This document shows positions 1 to 9,398 of a stretch of 40,078 bases of DNA, in pieces. Position 1 is the first letter of the stretch, and every line of letters begins with the position of its first letter. The stretch is taken from the IMG/VR virus record IMGVR_UViG_3300037484_000645, positions 1 through 40,078 of that record. One strand, given 5' to 3'. Position numbers and translations under genes: made by a program. This DNA is from a virus. Taxonomy: Duplodnaviria > Caudoviricetes. Under the pieces are notes generated by a model. The model ran no database searches. It was not told the origin of the DNA and saw nothing but the letters and a program-made list of their open reading frames with translations.

Positions 1-14
1 CGCTCTTCCGATCT
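1..14 (+). other. Illumina adapter remnant (not biological)
   Basis: CGCTCTTCCGATCT is the 3' end of the TruSeq read-1 primer/adapter (ACACGACGCTCTTCCGATCT) and sits at the contig end. Confidence 0.9.
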
Positions 15-160
15 GTCTCCCTTTTTGTGTGGCGGGCCCCGGGGGGAGCCCCGGGGTCACACAGAGTGACCTAACTAATGAGGCCCATCGCCGTTCGACC
101 CATTTAGCCGACACCCATCCAGTCACTCTCTGTCATGTCACGGTGTGTGATGTCCGCTGA
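15..160. other. Left genome end / cos-proximal region
   Basis: GTCTCCC (15-21) is the reverse complement of the last 7 nt GGGAGAC (40072-40078); the junction lies between HNH and terS; GTCAC-N5-GT(G/C)A(C/T) boxes at 56-70, 122-136 and 137-151. Confidence 0.7.
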
Positions 161-202
161 ATCGCGTACTCGTCTTTCCCCGATTTAGCGGAGGAGGTCG
201 CC

Positions 203-496
203 ATGCCCGGCAGCGACGACGATCCGGAGGCTGAGTGCCAGGGGCCGGTCGAGCGCGCGGTCCGCGGTGACGTCGACGTGCTGGATCTGGTGGGCCCGCT
301 GTGCCGGTCGCTGTCGGAGACCGCGTTCAACCTGGCCCGCACCCTGGATGGGGACGCGGGGATGGCCACGGCCGCCGTGGCCCGGGAGCTGAGGGCGACG
401 TTGAAGGACCTGCGGGAGGCCTCGGGTGACGATGACGGCACCGCAGTCCTCATCGCTGAGCTGTCCACCCCGCTGGGGAACACCCCGCCGCCCTGA
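203..496 (+). CDS. terS: Terminase small subunit
   Basis: Strong RBS GGAGGAGG; 97-aa helical protein (LARTLD...ARELRATLKDL) directly upstream of and overlapping terL. Confidence 0.75.
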   Translation: MPGSDDDPEAECQGPVERAVRGDVDVLDLVGPLCRSLSETAFNLARTLDGDAGMATAAVARELRATLKDLREASGDDDGTAVLIAELSTPLGNTPPP

Positions 497-1877
497 CAGG
501 CCCACCCTCGGCCCGGCCGTCGGGACGGTCGCGGCCCGCCTGGGCACCCCGCTGATGCCCTGGCAGCAGTACGTCGCGGACGTGATCCTGGAGGTCGACC
601 CCGCCACCGGGCTGCTGGTGTACCGCGAGTACGTCGTGACCGTCCCCCGCCAGTCCGGAAAGACCACCCTGATCCTGGCCAAGATGATCCACCGGGCTTT
701 GGCGTTCGGCGGCCGCCAGAACATCCTCTACACCGCGCAGACCCGGGGGGCCGCGCGTAAGAAGTGGGAGGACGAGCACGTCACCCAGCTGGAGGCCTCC
801 AAATACCGGCAGATGTTCCGGGTCCGCCGCCAGCTCGGCCAGGAGGCCATCCGGTGGAAGAACGGATCCATCCACGGCATCACCTCCAACACCGAGAAGG
901 CCGGCCACGGCGAGACCCTGGACGAGGGCGTCATCGATGAGGCGTTCGCGCAGGAGGACTCCCGGCTGGAGCAGGCCTTCAAACCCGCGATGATCACCCG
1001 GCCGCAGCCGCAGCTGGGCATCATCTCCACCGCCGGCACCCTCAAGAGCGTGTTCCTGCGCGGCAAGGTCGACGCCGGCCGGGCCGGTTGCGAGGCCGGG
1101 CTCACCCGGGGTGTCGCCTACATCGAGTGGTCGGCGCCCGACGACGCGGACCCGGCCGACCCCGCGACGTGGTGGGCGTGCATGCCGGCGCTGGGCCACA
1201 CCGTCACCCAGGCCGCCGTCCAGGCCGACTACGACTCCATGAAGCTGTCGGAGTTCCGGCGGGCCTACCTCAACCAGTGGCCGGACGCCGCCCCCGACCA
1301 GTGGCTCGTCATCCCGCACGAGACCTGGCTGGCCCTCGAGGGAACCAGCACCATCACCGGGCCGGTCGTGGCCGCCCTCGACACCACCCCCGAGCGGTCC
1401 TTCACCTCCATCGCCATCGCCGGCCGGACCAGCACGGACCGCCTGCAGGTCGAGATCGTCGACCACCGGCCCGGCACCGCGTGGGTTGCCGAACGCGCCA
1501 AGGACATGCGGGACCGGTCAGGCATCACGACCTGGGTCATCGACTCGACCGGGCCCGCCGGGTCGCTGGTCGCCTCGCTGACCGCCCTCGGCCTCGAGGT
1601 CGTGGAACCGCTTGCCCGCCAGATCGGGCACGCCACCCAGGGCTTCTACGACGGGTGCTGTGACTCCGGGGAGATCACCCACCTGGGCGACCCGCTCCTG
1701 GCCGCGGCGCTGGCCGGTGCGGTGAAACGCCCGGTCGGTGACGGCGGCTGGGCCTGGGCCCGCAAGAGCACGTCCGTGGATGTGTCCCCACTGTTCGCCG
1801 CGAGCCTCGCAGCGTGGGGCCGCACGACCCTGAACCTCTCCCACACCGAAGAAATCGAAGGGTCGTTGATGGCATGA
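426..1877 (+). CDS. terL: Terminase large subunit
   Basis: LMPWQ adenine-binding motif, Walker A VPRQSGKTT, Walker B VIDEAF, coupling motif ISTAG, C-terminal nuclease acidic residues; GGAGG 6 nt before GTG. Confidence 0.95.
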   Translation: MTMTAPQSSSLSCPPRWGTPRRPDRPTLGPAVGTVAARLGTPLMPWQQYVADVILEVDPATGLLVYREYVVTVPRQSGKTTLILAKMIHRALAFGGRQNILYTAQTRGAARKKWEDEHVTQLEASKYRQMFRVRRQLGQEAIRWKNGSIHGITSNTEKAGHGETLDEGVIDEAFAQEDSRLEQAFKPAMITRPQPQLGIISTAGTLKSVFLRGKVDAGRAGCEAGLTRGVAYIEWSAPDDADPADPATWWACMPALGHTVTQAAVQADYDSMKLSEFRRAYLNQWPDAAPDQWLVIPHETWLALEGTSTITGPVVAALDTTPERSFTSIAIAGRTSTDRLQVEIVDHRPGTAWVAERAKDMRDRSGITTWVIDSTGPAGSLVASLTALGLEVVEPLARQIGHATQGFYDGCCDSGEITHLGDPLLAAALAGAVKRPVGDGGWAWARKSTSVDVSPLFAASLAAWGRTTLNLSHTEEIEGSLMA

Positions 1878-2098
1878 GCACAGTGTTCGCCCGCGCGGGC
1901 CTCGTCACCGAGCAGGTCAGGGCTGAGGCCCGCCAGCTCGACCCGGCCAAGGTCGTCCTGACCCTGCTCATGGTGGTGCCGTTCATCCTCGGCTGGACGG
2001 TGTCGAAGGTCTTCGGCGCGGTGTGGCTGGTGTGCTCGTTCGCCTGGACCGCCACGGTGGTCGGGTGGCGTACCGCCCGCGGTGAGGACCTGGGCTGA
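1874..2098 (+). CDS. Small membrane protein between terL and portal
   Basis: ATGA overlap with terL stop and TGATG overlap with portal; hydrophobic segments. Confidence 0.65.
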   Translation: MSTVFARAGLVTEQVRAEARQLDPAKVVLTLLMVVPFILGWTVSKVFGAVWLVCSFAWTATVVGWRTARGEDLG

Positions 2099-3495
2099 TG
2101 GGCCTGGTCGAGAAGGTGAAGTCCGCGCGGGAGCGCGGCTCGAGCAGGGCCTGGCCGGTCGGGCCCGGGTCGCTGCTGTCTCATGAGGCCTCCTTCGGGC
2201 ACGTCACGGAGTTCTCGCCGGAGGAATACGGCGACTACCTTGCGACGAGCAACGAGATCTATTCGGCGGTCAACCTGCGGGCCCGGCTGATGGCAGGGCT
2301 GCAGTTGCAGACCTTCCACGGCCGTGACTCGGAGAAGACCGCGATCAAGGCGGGGCCTGCGGTCGAGCTGCTCCGGCACGTCAATCCGTTCTGGACGCTG
2401 CCCCGGTTGCTTCGGATGGACGAGATGTCGATGGGGACCTGGGGCGAGTCGTTCTGGGCGATCGAGAAGCGGGCGGGGAGGCCGTCGGAGATCTGGTGGT
2501 GCAAGGCCTCGAGGATGCGGCCGGTCGCGGACGAGAACGACTACCTGGCCGGGTTCCTGTACGAGCCGGCCGCCGGCGGGCAGATGATCCGGTTCGCCCC
2601 CGATGAGGTCGTGTGGTTCCGGTACCCGAACCCGATCGATGAGTTCGCCCCGCTGTCGCCGCTGGCCGCCGCCCGCCTGGCCGCGGACACTGGCAGCGCG
2701 ATGATGAAGAGCAACCGGAACCTGTTCCGGGACGGCCTGCAGATGGGTGGCCTGATCGTCCCGTCGACCGACAAGGTCACCTTCTCAAAGGACCAGGCCG
2801 AGGAGCTCGAGCACCTCCTGGACCGGCGGTGGAAGGGCGTCGACAAAGCCCACCGGTGGGCGGTCCTGCGGTATGAGGCGCAGATGAAGACCATGGGTGT
2901 CAGCCCGAAGGACGCGGAGTTCCTGGCCGGGCTGAACATGTCGTTGCGGCAGGTCGCCAACGCCTACGGCATCCCCGTCCCGCTGCTGAACGACATGGAA
3001 CACGCCACCCTGTCCAACGCCCGGGAGTACCAGCAGATCCTGTGGGCGCACGCTCTGGTGCCGGACGCGGACTTCAAGGCCGCCGACATCGAGGAGCAGC
3101 TGCTCCCGATGTTCGGGTCGGGCGAGCAGGTCGACCACATCGCCTGGGACTACACCAAGGTCCCCGCTTTGCAGGAGGCCGCCACCGAGATCTGGGACCG
3201 CGAGCGCGGGCAGCTCGAGGTCGGGGCGCTCACCATCAACGAATGGCGGCAGGCCCGCGGGATGCCGTCGGTCCCGTGGGGCGATGTGTGGTGGGGGCCG
3301 GTCAACAAGTCCGCCGTCACCGACGACCAGTCGCAGCCCCAGGGCGACACCGCCCCGACGAAGCTTCCGCCCGCCCCTGACCCTGCGCCTGGCCCCGCCC
3401 CGGCGCCGGCCCCGGACCTGACCACTGGCGAGACGGTCGACGACACCGCGCGGCAGCTGATCCTGTCCGCGCTCAACGGCCACGGGAGGGCCTGA
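2098..3495 (+). CDS. Portal protein (HK97 family)
   Basis: Position after terL; GESFW, DEVVWFRYPNP, PLSPL, FRDG, VANAYGIP and TINEWR motifs typical of HK97 portals. Confidence 0.93.
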   Translation: MGLVEKVKSARERGSSRAWPVGPGSLLSHEASFGHVTEFSPEEYGDYLATSNEIYSAVNLRARLMAGLQLQTFHGRDSEKTAIKAGPAVELLRHVNPFWTLPRLLRMDEMSMGTWGESFWAIEKRAGRPSEIWWCKASRMRPVADENDYLAGFLYEPAAGGQMIRFAPDEVVWFRYPNPIDEFAPLSPLAAARLAADTGSAMMKSNRNLFRDGLQMGGLIVPSTDKVTFSKDQAEELEHLLDRRWKGVDKAHRWAVLRYEAQMKTMGVSPKDAEFLAGLNMSLRQVANAYGIPVPLLNDMEHATLSNAREYQQILWAHALVPDADFKAADIEEQLLPMFGSGEQVDHIAWDYTKVPALQEAATEIWDRERGQLEVGALTINEWRQARGMPSVPWGDVWWGPVNKSAVTDDQSQPQGDTAPTKLPPAPDPAPGPAPAPAPDLTTGETVDDTARQLILSALNGHGRA

Positions 3496-4157
3496 TGCAG
3501 CACTACTCGCGCGCCTACGTGGACCGCGACGCCATGAAGGACGGCGCACCGATCCGGTTCGTCGCCGCCACCGAGGGCCGCAAGGCCGACAACATCGACC
3601 TCCGCATGACCGGCGCCCGCCTGGACCGGTACCGGTCCAACCCCGTGCTCGGCTACGGGCACCGGTACTTCTCCCGGGACGACCTGCCGATCGGCAGGTC
3701 GGTCCTCACCGACGTCGACGGCACCCGGCTGCTGATCGATGTGGAGTTCGACCCCGCCGACGACTTCGCCCAGAAGGTCGAGCGGAAGTACCGGGACGGG
3801 TTCCTGAACGCCGTGTCGGTCGGGTTCGACGTCGTTCGGTGGGAGGGCGGCAACGGCTCGTACTGGTCGGGCGGGGTCGCAGAGGAATGGGAGCTGACCG
3901 AGGTGTCGGCGGTGCCCGTCCCGATGGACGCCCTGGCCGTCGTGCAGTCCGGCCGGGCCGGCCCCGGCGAGGGCGGCGGCCGGGCGTGGCTGCGCGCCCT
4001 GGTGGAGGAGTTCGGGCTCGAGCGAGTGGCAGCCGCCCTGTCCCTGACCCCACCTCGGGAGCCCGAAACCAAGGGCCCCGTCATTGAACAGCCGTCGCCC
4101 GTCCTGGGCGTCGGTGAGGACACCCGCGTGCTGTTGCTCGCGGCCTTCGAGATCTGA
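3495..4157 (+). CDS. Prohead maturation protease (HK97 gp4-like)
   Basis: NPVLGYGH, PIGRS, GFLNAVSVGF and ELTEVSAVPVP motifs. Confidence 0.92.
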   Translation: MQHYSRAYVDRDAMKDGAPIRFVAATEGRKADNIDLRMTGARLDRYRSNPVLGYGHRYFSRDDLPIGRSVLTDVDGTRLLIDVEFDPADDFAQKVERKYRDGFLNAVSVGFDVVRWEGGNGSYWSGGVAEEWELTEVSAVPVPMDALAVVQSGRAGPGEGGGRAWLRALVEEFGLERVAAALSLTPPREPETKGPVIEQPSPVLGVGEDTRVLLLAAFEI

Positions 4158-4164
4158 GGAACAC

Positions 4165-5637
4165 GTGAGCGGAATTACGCTGGACGATCTCGCGAAGGAC
4201 ATTCGCGAGCGCATGGACGGGGTCGCCAAGGAGCTGTCCGACAAGACGTCGGACGAGCGCATCCGGACCATGATCGACACCTCGTTGAAGGAGCTGCTGA
4301 CCGAGGACAGCGACTTCGTTCGCAAGATCCGGTTCGGTCAGGGCGGCGGCGGTGACCTGGTCGGCACGAAGTACGCCCGCCTGGGCTGGACCGTCGCGGA
4401 CGTGGAGTTCTGCCACGACCTGCTGCGCGCCGGCGTGGAGTCGGGCCGGTCCAAGCGCGGCCCGACCGAGGAGCTGCAGCGCACGTTCAAGGCCATCTCC
4501 GAGGGCCGCTACCAGGAGACCGCGCTGGTGCGCGGGGACGGGTACCGGCGCCTGGATGAGATGTGGCGCGACGGGCGGTTCGCCACCCGGCGGGACTACG
4601 ACCGTGCGGTCCGGGCGATGGACACCGCCGAGTCGGGGTTCGGGTCCCAGCTGATCGGCGCCCAGTACGTCGGTGAGCTGTGGACCGGCGCGCAGTCCCA
4701 GGCCCGCGTGTTCAACCTGATCAACAGCTTCACGATGACGGACCCGACCGCCTACCTGCCGGTGGAGGCGGGTCTGCCGTCGCTGCTGTTCGTCGGGGAG
4801 TCCACGGCCAACAACAGCTCGGACTACGCCACGACCAAGACCGGGTCCAACCGGGTCCAGGTGGATGCGAAGAAGTTCGTGATGCACCAGATGTGGTCGG
4901 GGGAGATGGAGGAGGACTCCATCATCCCGTTCATCCCGTTCCTGCGGGCCCAAGCGGCCCGGTCGCTGGGCCACCACATGGACTCCCTGGTCCTCAACGG
5001 TGACACCACCGACGCCGCGACCGGCAACATCAACCAGGACGATGAGGACCCGGGCGGTACCGAGCACTGGCTGGCCTTCGACGGGATCCGGCACGCCGGC
5101 CTGGTCGACAACACCGCCAACAAGAAGGACGTCGCCGGGGCGCTGACCCTGAACGAGTTCCGGCTGCAGCGCGGCCGGATGCTGAGCAGCACCTACAAGC
5201 ACGACTGGGGCCACCCCAACGACCCGATGGACCTGGTCCACGTCGCCGACCCCGAGACCTGCGACATGGTCTCGATGTTCGACGAGGTCCTCACCGTCGA
5301 CAAGTTCGGGCCCGGCGCCACGGTCCTGACCGGTCAGCAGGCCCGGGTCCTGGGCAACCCGCTGATCTCCAGCATCGACGTGCCCAAGACCGAGGCCGAC
5401 GGCAAGGTGTCCTTCGACACCCCCTCCAACAACGTCAAGGGCCAGGTCGCCTCGTTCAACCGCGGCGGCTGCGTGGCCGGGAACCGGCGGACGGTGCAGG
5501 TCGAGACCGAGCGGCTGCCCGCCACCGACCAGACCCGCATCGTGTACTCCCTGCGGATGGGGTTCGGCCGGTTCACCCCGACCGGCGCCGCGTCCGGCAT
5601 CGAGTGGGCCGACGTCCTCTACAACATCAGCCTCTGA
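4165..5637 (+). CDS. Major capsid protein (HK97 fold, N-terminal scaffold/delta domain)
   Basis: GAGGA RBS then GTG at 4165; coiled-coil N-terminus; FVGE, SGEMEEDS, VLNGD and VLGNPL motifs; follows the protease. Confidence 0.92.
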   Translation: MSGITLDDLAKDIRERMDGVAKELSDKTSDERIRTMIDTSLKELLTEDSDFVRKIRFGQGGGGDLVGTKYARLGWTVADVEFCHDLLRAGVESGRSKRGPTEELQRTFKAISEGRYQETALVRGDGYRRLDEMWRDGRFATRRDYDRAVRAMDTAESGFGSQLIGAQYVGELWTGAQSQARVFNLINSFTMTDPTAYLPVEAGLPSLLFVGESTANNSSDYATTKTGSNRVQVDAKKFVMHQMWSGEMEEDSIIPFIPFLRAQAARSLGHHMDSLVLNGDTTDAATGNINQDDEDPGGTEHWLAFDGIRHAGLVDNTANKKDVAGALTLNEFRLQRGRMLSSTYKHDWGHPNDPMDLVHVADPETCDMVSMFDEVLTVDKFGPGATVLTGQQARVLGNPLISSIDVPKTEADGKVSFDTPSNNVKGQVASFNRGGCVAGNRRTVQVETERLPATDQTRIVYSLRMGFGRFTPTGAASGIEWADVLYNISL

Positions 5638-5652
5638 CCCAACCAACCCGAG

Positions 5653-5684
5653 CAGGCCCAGACCGGCACCCCGGTCTGGGCCTG
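5653..5684 (+). terminator. Perfect 14-bp hairpin after the capsid gene (terminator or mRNA-stabilising stem)
   Basis: CAGGCCCAGACCGG-CACC-CCGGTCTGGGCCTG; no U-tract. Confidence 0.6.
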
Positions 5685-5703
5685 TGGCTTGAGGGAGCAC
5701 CGT

Positions 5704-6132
5704 ATGCAGATCGACCGGACCATCTCCAAGGGCCAGCTCGTCCCGCTGACCTTCATGCAGGACAACCTCGCGGCGTCACAGACCGACGTGCAGCTGCTGC
5801 TCGCCGAGGTCGCCTCAGCCGCCGGCAACGCCATCGACGGGTACGTCATGCCGTTCGCGGGCGAGATCATCGCGATCTCCGGGCGGCTGTCGGCCGCGGC
5901 GACCGCCGGCAGCCTGCTCATCGGCCCGACCGTGGCCGGCACCGAGAAGACCGCCCTCACCCAGACCGTCACCACCGGGCAGAGCCCGCGCGGCACCGTC
6001 ATCCGCGGCACGGTCCCGTTCGCCGCCGGCGACCTGATCGGCGCGGAGATCACCACCGACGGCACCTGGGACGGCACCACCGCCGACCTCGCGGTCACCG
6101 TGTGGGTCCTGCTGTACCTGGAGGGGGTCTAA
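5704..6132 (+). CDS. Probable capsid decoration/accessory virion protein
   Basis: GGGAG RBS, beta-rich 142 aa, directly after the capsid gene. Confidence 0.55.
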   Translation: MQIDRTISKGQLVPLTFMQDNLAASQTDVQLLLAEVASAAGNAIDGYVMPFAGEIIAISGRLSAAATAGSLLIGPTVAGTEKTALTQTVTTGQSPRGTVIRGTVPFAAGDLIGAEITTDGTWDGTTADLAVTVWVLLYLEGV

Positions 6133-6353
6133 TGCCCCGCTACACCGTGCAGCACACCTACCGGGCCGACCGGGACGGCGAGCACCTGGGCCCCTGGGTC
6201 GCCGACGAGGAGGTCGAGCTCGAGGCCGAGGTCGCCCAGTGGGTGAACCAGGACTCACCCGGCGCGCTGGTAGAGGTCACACAGGCCAAGCCCGCCCGGG
6301 CCAAGACCGCCGCCGCGGCGAACCGGCAGGCCAAGGGCGGGCCGAACCGGTGA
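6132..6353 (+). CDS. Small hypothetical head-region protein (MPRYTVQHTY...)
   Basis: TAATG coupling with the upstream gene and GTGA coupling downstream; basic tail. Confidence 0.7.
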   Translation: MPRYTVQHTYRADRDGEHLGPWVADEEVELEAEVAQWVNQDSPGALVEVTQAKPARAKTAAAANRQAKGGPNR

Positions 6354-6613
6354 GCCGGATCCTCGAGGTGTCGGCGACCGGCGACGTCACGACCTTCTCG
6401 ACCCGGCTGCGGGCGGTGTCGCTCACGGCCGGGTCGGACGCCGCCACCCTGACCCTGCGGGCGGGCGGGTCCGGCGGCACGGTCTTCCTGGTGGTGAAGG
6501 CCGCGGCCAGCACCACCGCGGCGGTCCCCGACCTCCACGACGCGCTGTTCTCCGCCGGGGTGCACGCCACCCTCGCGGGCACGGCCCCGTCCGCGTCGAT
6601 CGTGTTCGGGTAG
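6350..6613 (+). CDS. Small beta-rich virion protein
   Basis: GTGA overlap; high GC at third codon positions. Confidence 0.6.
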   Translation: MSRILEVSATGDVTTFSTRLRAVSLTAGSDAATLTLRAGGSGGTVFLVVKAAASTTAAVPDLHDALFSAGVHATLAGTAPSASIVFG

Positions 6614-6616
6614 CCC

Positions 6617-7228
6617 ATGACGCTCCTGCACCCCTACTGCGACCTGGCGGAAGTCCGCGACCAGCTGTCGGACAAGGACGTGAAAGTCGCGGACGGCATG
6701 CTCGAGCGGGCCATCAACGCCACCAGCCGCGCGGTCAACGCCTACTGCGGCCGCCGGTTCTGGCAGGACGCCACGGCCACGGTCCGCACCTACCGGCCCC
6801 AGGACCCCGCCTACGTCCTGGTCCACGACATCAGCACCACCACCGGACTGGTGGTCAAGACCGATGACGGAACCGGGTCCTGGGCCACCACCTGGACGCT
6901 CGGCCAGGACTTCCAGCTCGAGCCGCTGGACGCCCAGGAGACCGACGAGCCGGCCGCCTGGTGGCGGCTTGCGGCGATCGGCACCAAGAACTTCCCGATC
7001 GCCGGCGTGCGGGCCACGTTGCAGGTCACCGCGAAGTTCGGGTGGTCGGAGGTCCCCGCCGACGTGAACACCGCGGCGATCCTGCGCGCGGTCGCGCTGT
7101 TCAGCCGCCGCAACAGCCCGCAGGGAGTGGCGGGGTTCGGTGACTTCGGTGTCGTGCGGATCCGCCGGGACAGCGACGTCGCCGCGCTGCTCGACCCCTA
7201 CACCCGCATCAGCAAACCGGACGTGTGA
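6617..7228 (+). CDS. Head-to-tail adaptor
   Basis: YCDLAEVR...AINATSRAVNAYCGRRF...FGWSEVPADV...ALLDPY, a gp6/gp15-like connector pattern. Confidence 0.85.
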   Translation: MTLLHPYCDLAEVRDQLSDKDVKVADGMLERAINATSRAVNAYCGRRFWQDATATVRTYRPQDPAYVLVHDISTTTGLVVKTDDGTGSWATTWTLGQDFQLEPLDAQETDEPAAWWRLAAIGTKNFPIAGVRATLQVTAKFGWSEVPADVNTAAILRAVALFSRRNSPQGVAGFGDFGVVRIRRDSDVAALLDPYTRISKPDV

Positions 7229-7662
7229 TGGCCTCGATCTCCGAACAACGCCAAGCGATCTACGACACGCTCAACGATCCCAGCGACGACCTGACGGTTC
7301 TCACGACGACGCCGGGGACCAACCCGAACTACCCGGCGCTGATCATCCAGCCGGTCACCGCGTCGTTCACCACCCGCCAGGCGCTCAAGGGCGGCCAGGA
7401 CGTCTTCGAATGGGACCTGGTGATCCTGGTGTCCGGTGCCGACCTCGGGGTCGCGCAGCTGGCTCTCGATGAGTACCTGGCGGGCTCGGGCCCGCGGTCG
7501 ATCCGGCAGCGGATCCGTGAACGCAAGGACCTCGGCCTGGACGACATGAACCGGACCTCGGCCTGGGTGGACCGCATGGAGTCCTACGGGATCTCACTCT
7601 CCTCCGCCCCGGAAGAGCGGGACTTCGGCGCCGTCCTGCGACTGATCGTCCGCACCACCTGA
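7228..7662 (+). CDS. Tail terminator / tail completion protein
   Basis: Synteny; YPALIIQP...AQLALDEYLAGSGPRSIR pattern. Confidence 0.65.
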   Translation: MASISEQRQAIYDTLNDPSDDLTVLTTTPGTNPNYPALIIQPVTASFTTRQALKGGQDVFEWDLVILVSGADLGVAQLALDEYLAGSGPRSIRQRIRERKDLGLDDMNRTSAWVDRMESYGISLSSAPEERDFGAVLRLIVRTT

Positions 7663-7678
7663 CCTTGAAGGGAACACC

Positions 7679-8179
7679 ATGACTTTGAGAAGCAAGATCC
7701 TCCTGGACGTGTCGGCGCTGCTGACGGCCGCCGCCGACCTCGGCGGCACCTCGTCCCCGCTGAAATACCCGAAGTCCTACATCTTCACCGACGGGTCCGG
7801 CGCCAGCCAGGCAAGCAAGATCTTCCAGGATCAGCGGACCCTGAACGCCTCGGCCACCGAGGACCTGGACCTGGCCGGGTCGCTCACCAACCCGCTCCTG
7901 GGCGCCACGGTGTTCAGCAAGATCCGCGGCATGCTGATCGCGCCCGCGGCCGCGAACACCAACACGGTGAACGTCGGCGGCGCGTCCTCCAACGGGTGGA
8001 TCACCTGGGTCGGGGACGCGACCGACGTGGTGAAGGTCCGGCCGGGCGGGCTGATGCTGCTCATCGCCCCGGACGTCACCGCCTACGCGGTGACCGCCGG
8101 GACCGGTGACCTGCTCACGGTGACCAACGGCGGCGGGACCACGCCGGTCACCTACGACATCATCCTGCTGGGGTCGTGA
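7679..8179 (+). CDS. Hypothetical virion structural protein
   Basis: Good RBS, beta-rich, within the head-tail block. Confidence 0.65.
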   Translation: MTLRSKILLDVSALLTAAADLGGTSSPLKYPKSYIFTDGSGASQASKIFQDQRTLNASATEDLDLAGSLTNPLLGATVFSKIRGMLIAPAAANTNTVNVGGASSNGWITWVGDATDVVKVRPGGLMLLIAPDVTAYAVTAGTGDLLTVTNGGGTTPVTYDIILLGS

Positions 8180-8403
8180 TGGACAAGATCAGAATGCGGC
8201 ACCCCGAACTCGGCGACCGCGAGATCCAAGCGACCGAGGGGCAGGCCGCCCACTACGTCGAATCCGGGTGGGTCCGCGTCGACGACCAGGTCCCGGCCGC
8301 GGTGCAGGAGCCCGGCGAGGAGCCCGGCAACACCGAGACACCACCACCGGCACCGACGCAGCGCTCGCGGCGTGGGGACAAGAAAGAAGGAGATGTCGCA
8401 TGA
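8179..8403 (+). CDS. Small hypothetical protein
   Basis: Coupled to both neighbours; MRHPEL...ESGW motif seen in small genes preceding tail tube genes. Confidence 0.65.
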   Translation: MDKIRMRHPELGDREIQATEGQAAHYVESGWVRVDDQVPAAVQEPGEEPGNTETPPPAPTQRSRRGDKKEGDVA

Positions 8404-8891
8404 CCGCCACGGACATCGTCGTCAGCTCGCACTACATCAACGCGGGCACGACCTGCGTGCTGTGGGTGCCGACCATCGCCGACATCAACGCCCCGACGCG
8501 CGCCGAGCTGAACGCCGGCACGGACCTGGCCCGGGAGAACAGCGCCAGCGAAGGCTGGAACATCGTCTCCCAGCAGGTCCCGATCCCGAACATGCGCAGC
8601 CGGTTCACCGGATCGATCCCCGGCCGGCTGACCGCCGACGACAGCCAGCTCACGATGTACGCCAGCATCGACGGGGTCGACGCCCGCACCCTGATGCCCC
8701 GCGAAGGCGACGGCAACATCGTGTGGATGGACGGCGGCGACGTCGCCGGGTACCTCATGGACATCTTCCCCGTCACGGTCGCGGCGCACAGCAAGGAGCG
8801 GTCCGTCGACGGCGAGACCGCGGCGATCATCGACATCATGTACAGCATCACCCAAGAGCCCGCCGTCGACATCGTCATCCCCGCGGCCTAG
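8400..8891 (+). CDS. Major tail (tube) protein
   Basis: AAGGAG RBS, ATGA overlap; WVPTIADINAPTRAELNAGTDL signature of actinophage tail tube proteins. Confidence 0.88.
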   Translation: MTATDIVVSSHYINAGTTCVLWVPTIADINAPTRAELNAGTDLARENSASEGWNIVSQQVPIPNMRSRFTGSIPGRLTADDSQLTMYASIDGVDARTLMPREGDGNIVWMDGGDVAGYLMDIFPVTVAAHSKERSVDGETAAIIDIMYSITQEPAVDIVIPAA

Positions 8892-8898
8892 GCACCCC

Positions 8899-9396
8899 GT
8901 GCCGGGCCGGTATCTGTCGGTCACGGGCGGCGACCAGTTGCGGGCGCTGGCCCGGGATCTGCGCGGCCACGCCGACCGCAAGGAGATCAACGCCCGGCTC
9001 CGCCGCGAACTGCGGTTCGTGGCCCGGGAGATGGTCCCGCCGGTCCGGGCGGCGATCCTGGCCATCCCCTCCAAGGGCCAGAGCGCCGCCCGCGGCCGCC
9101 CGGGACTGCGCCGCAGAATGGCCAGCGCCACCCAGGTCGCCGTCCGCACCACGGGCGGCAGCGCGGGCGTGAAGCTGTGGGTCAACCCCCGCCGCATGCC
9201 GCCCGGGCAAGGTTCCCTGCCCGGCTACATGGAGGGCGAGGGCCGCTGGCGGCACCCGACCTTCGGGTCCGAGCCGTGGTTCACCCAGACCCCGCACCCC
9301 TACTTCTACCGGACCGTCACACCGCTCATTCCGCGCGCGGAACGCGCGGCTGAGCAGGTCCTTGATTCCATCGCAGACGAGATCGAGAGAGGTTAG
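8899..9396 (+). CDS. Neck/tail-completion protein (HK97 gp10-like)
   Basis: Basic protein; GDQLRALARDL...WRHPTFG...PHPYF. Confidence 0.65.
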   Translation: MPGRYLSVTGGDQLRALARDLRGHADRKEINARLRRELRFVAREMVPPVRAAILAIPSKGQSAARGRPGLRRRMASATQVAVRTTGGSAGVKLWVNPRRMPPGQGSLPGYMEGEGRWRHPTFGSEPWFTQTPHPYFYRTVTPLIPRAERAAEQVLDSIADEIERG

Positions 9397-9398
9397 CC

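Noticed and set aside
1-14. CGCTCTTCCGATCT as part of the cos overhang
   Set aside because: Exact Illumina adapter sequence, so a technical artefact
3361-3420. PAPD/PAPG repeat at the portal C-terminus
   Set aside because: Ordinary low-complexity linker
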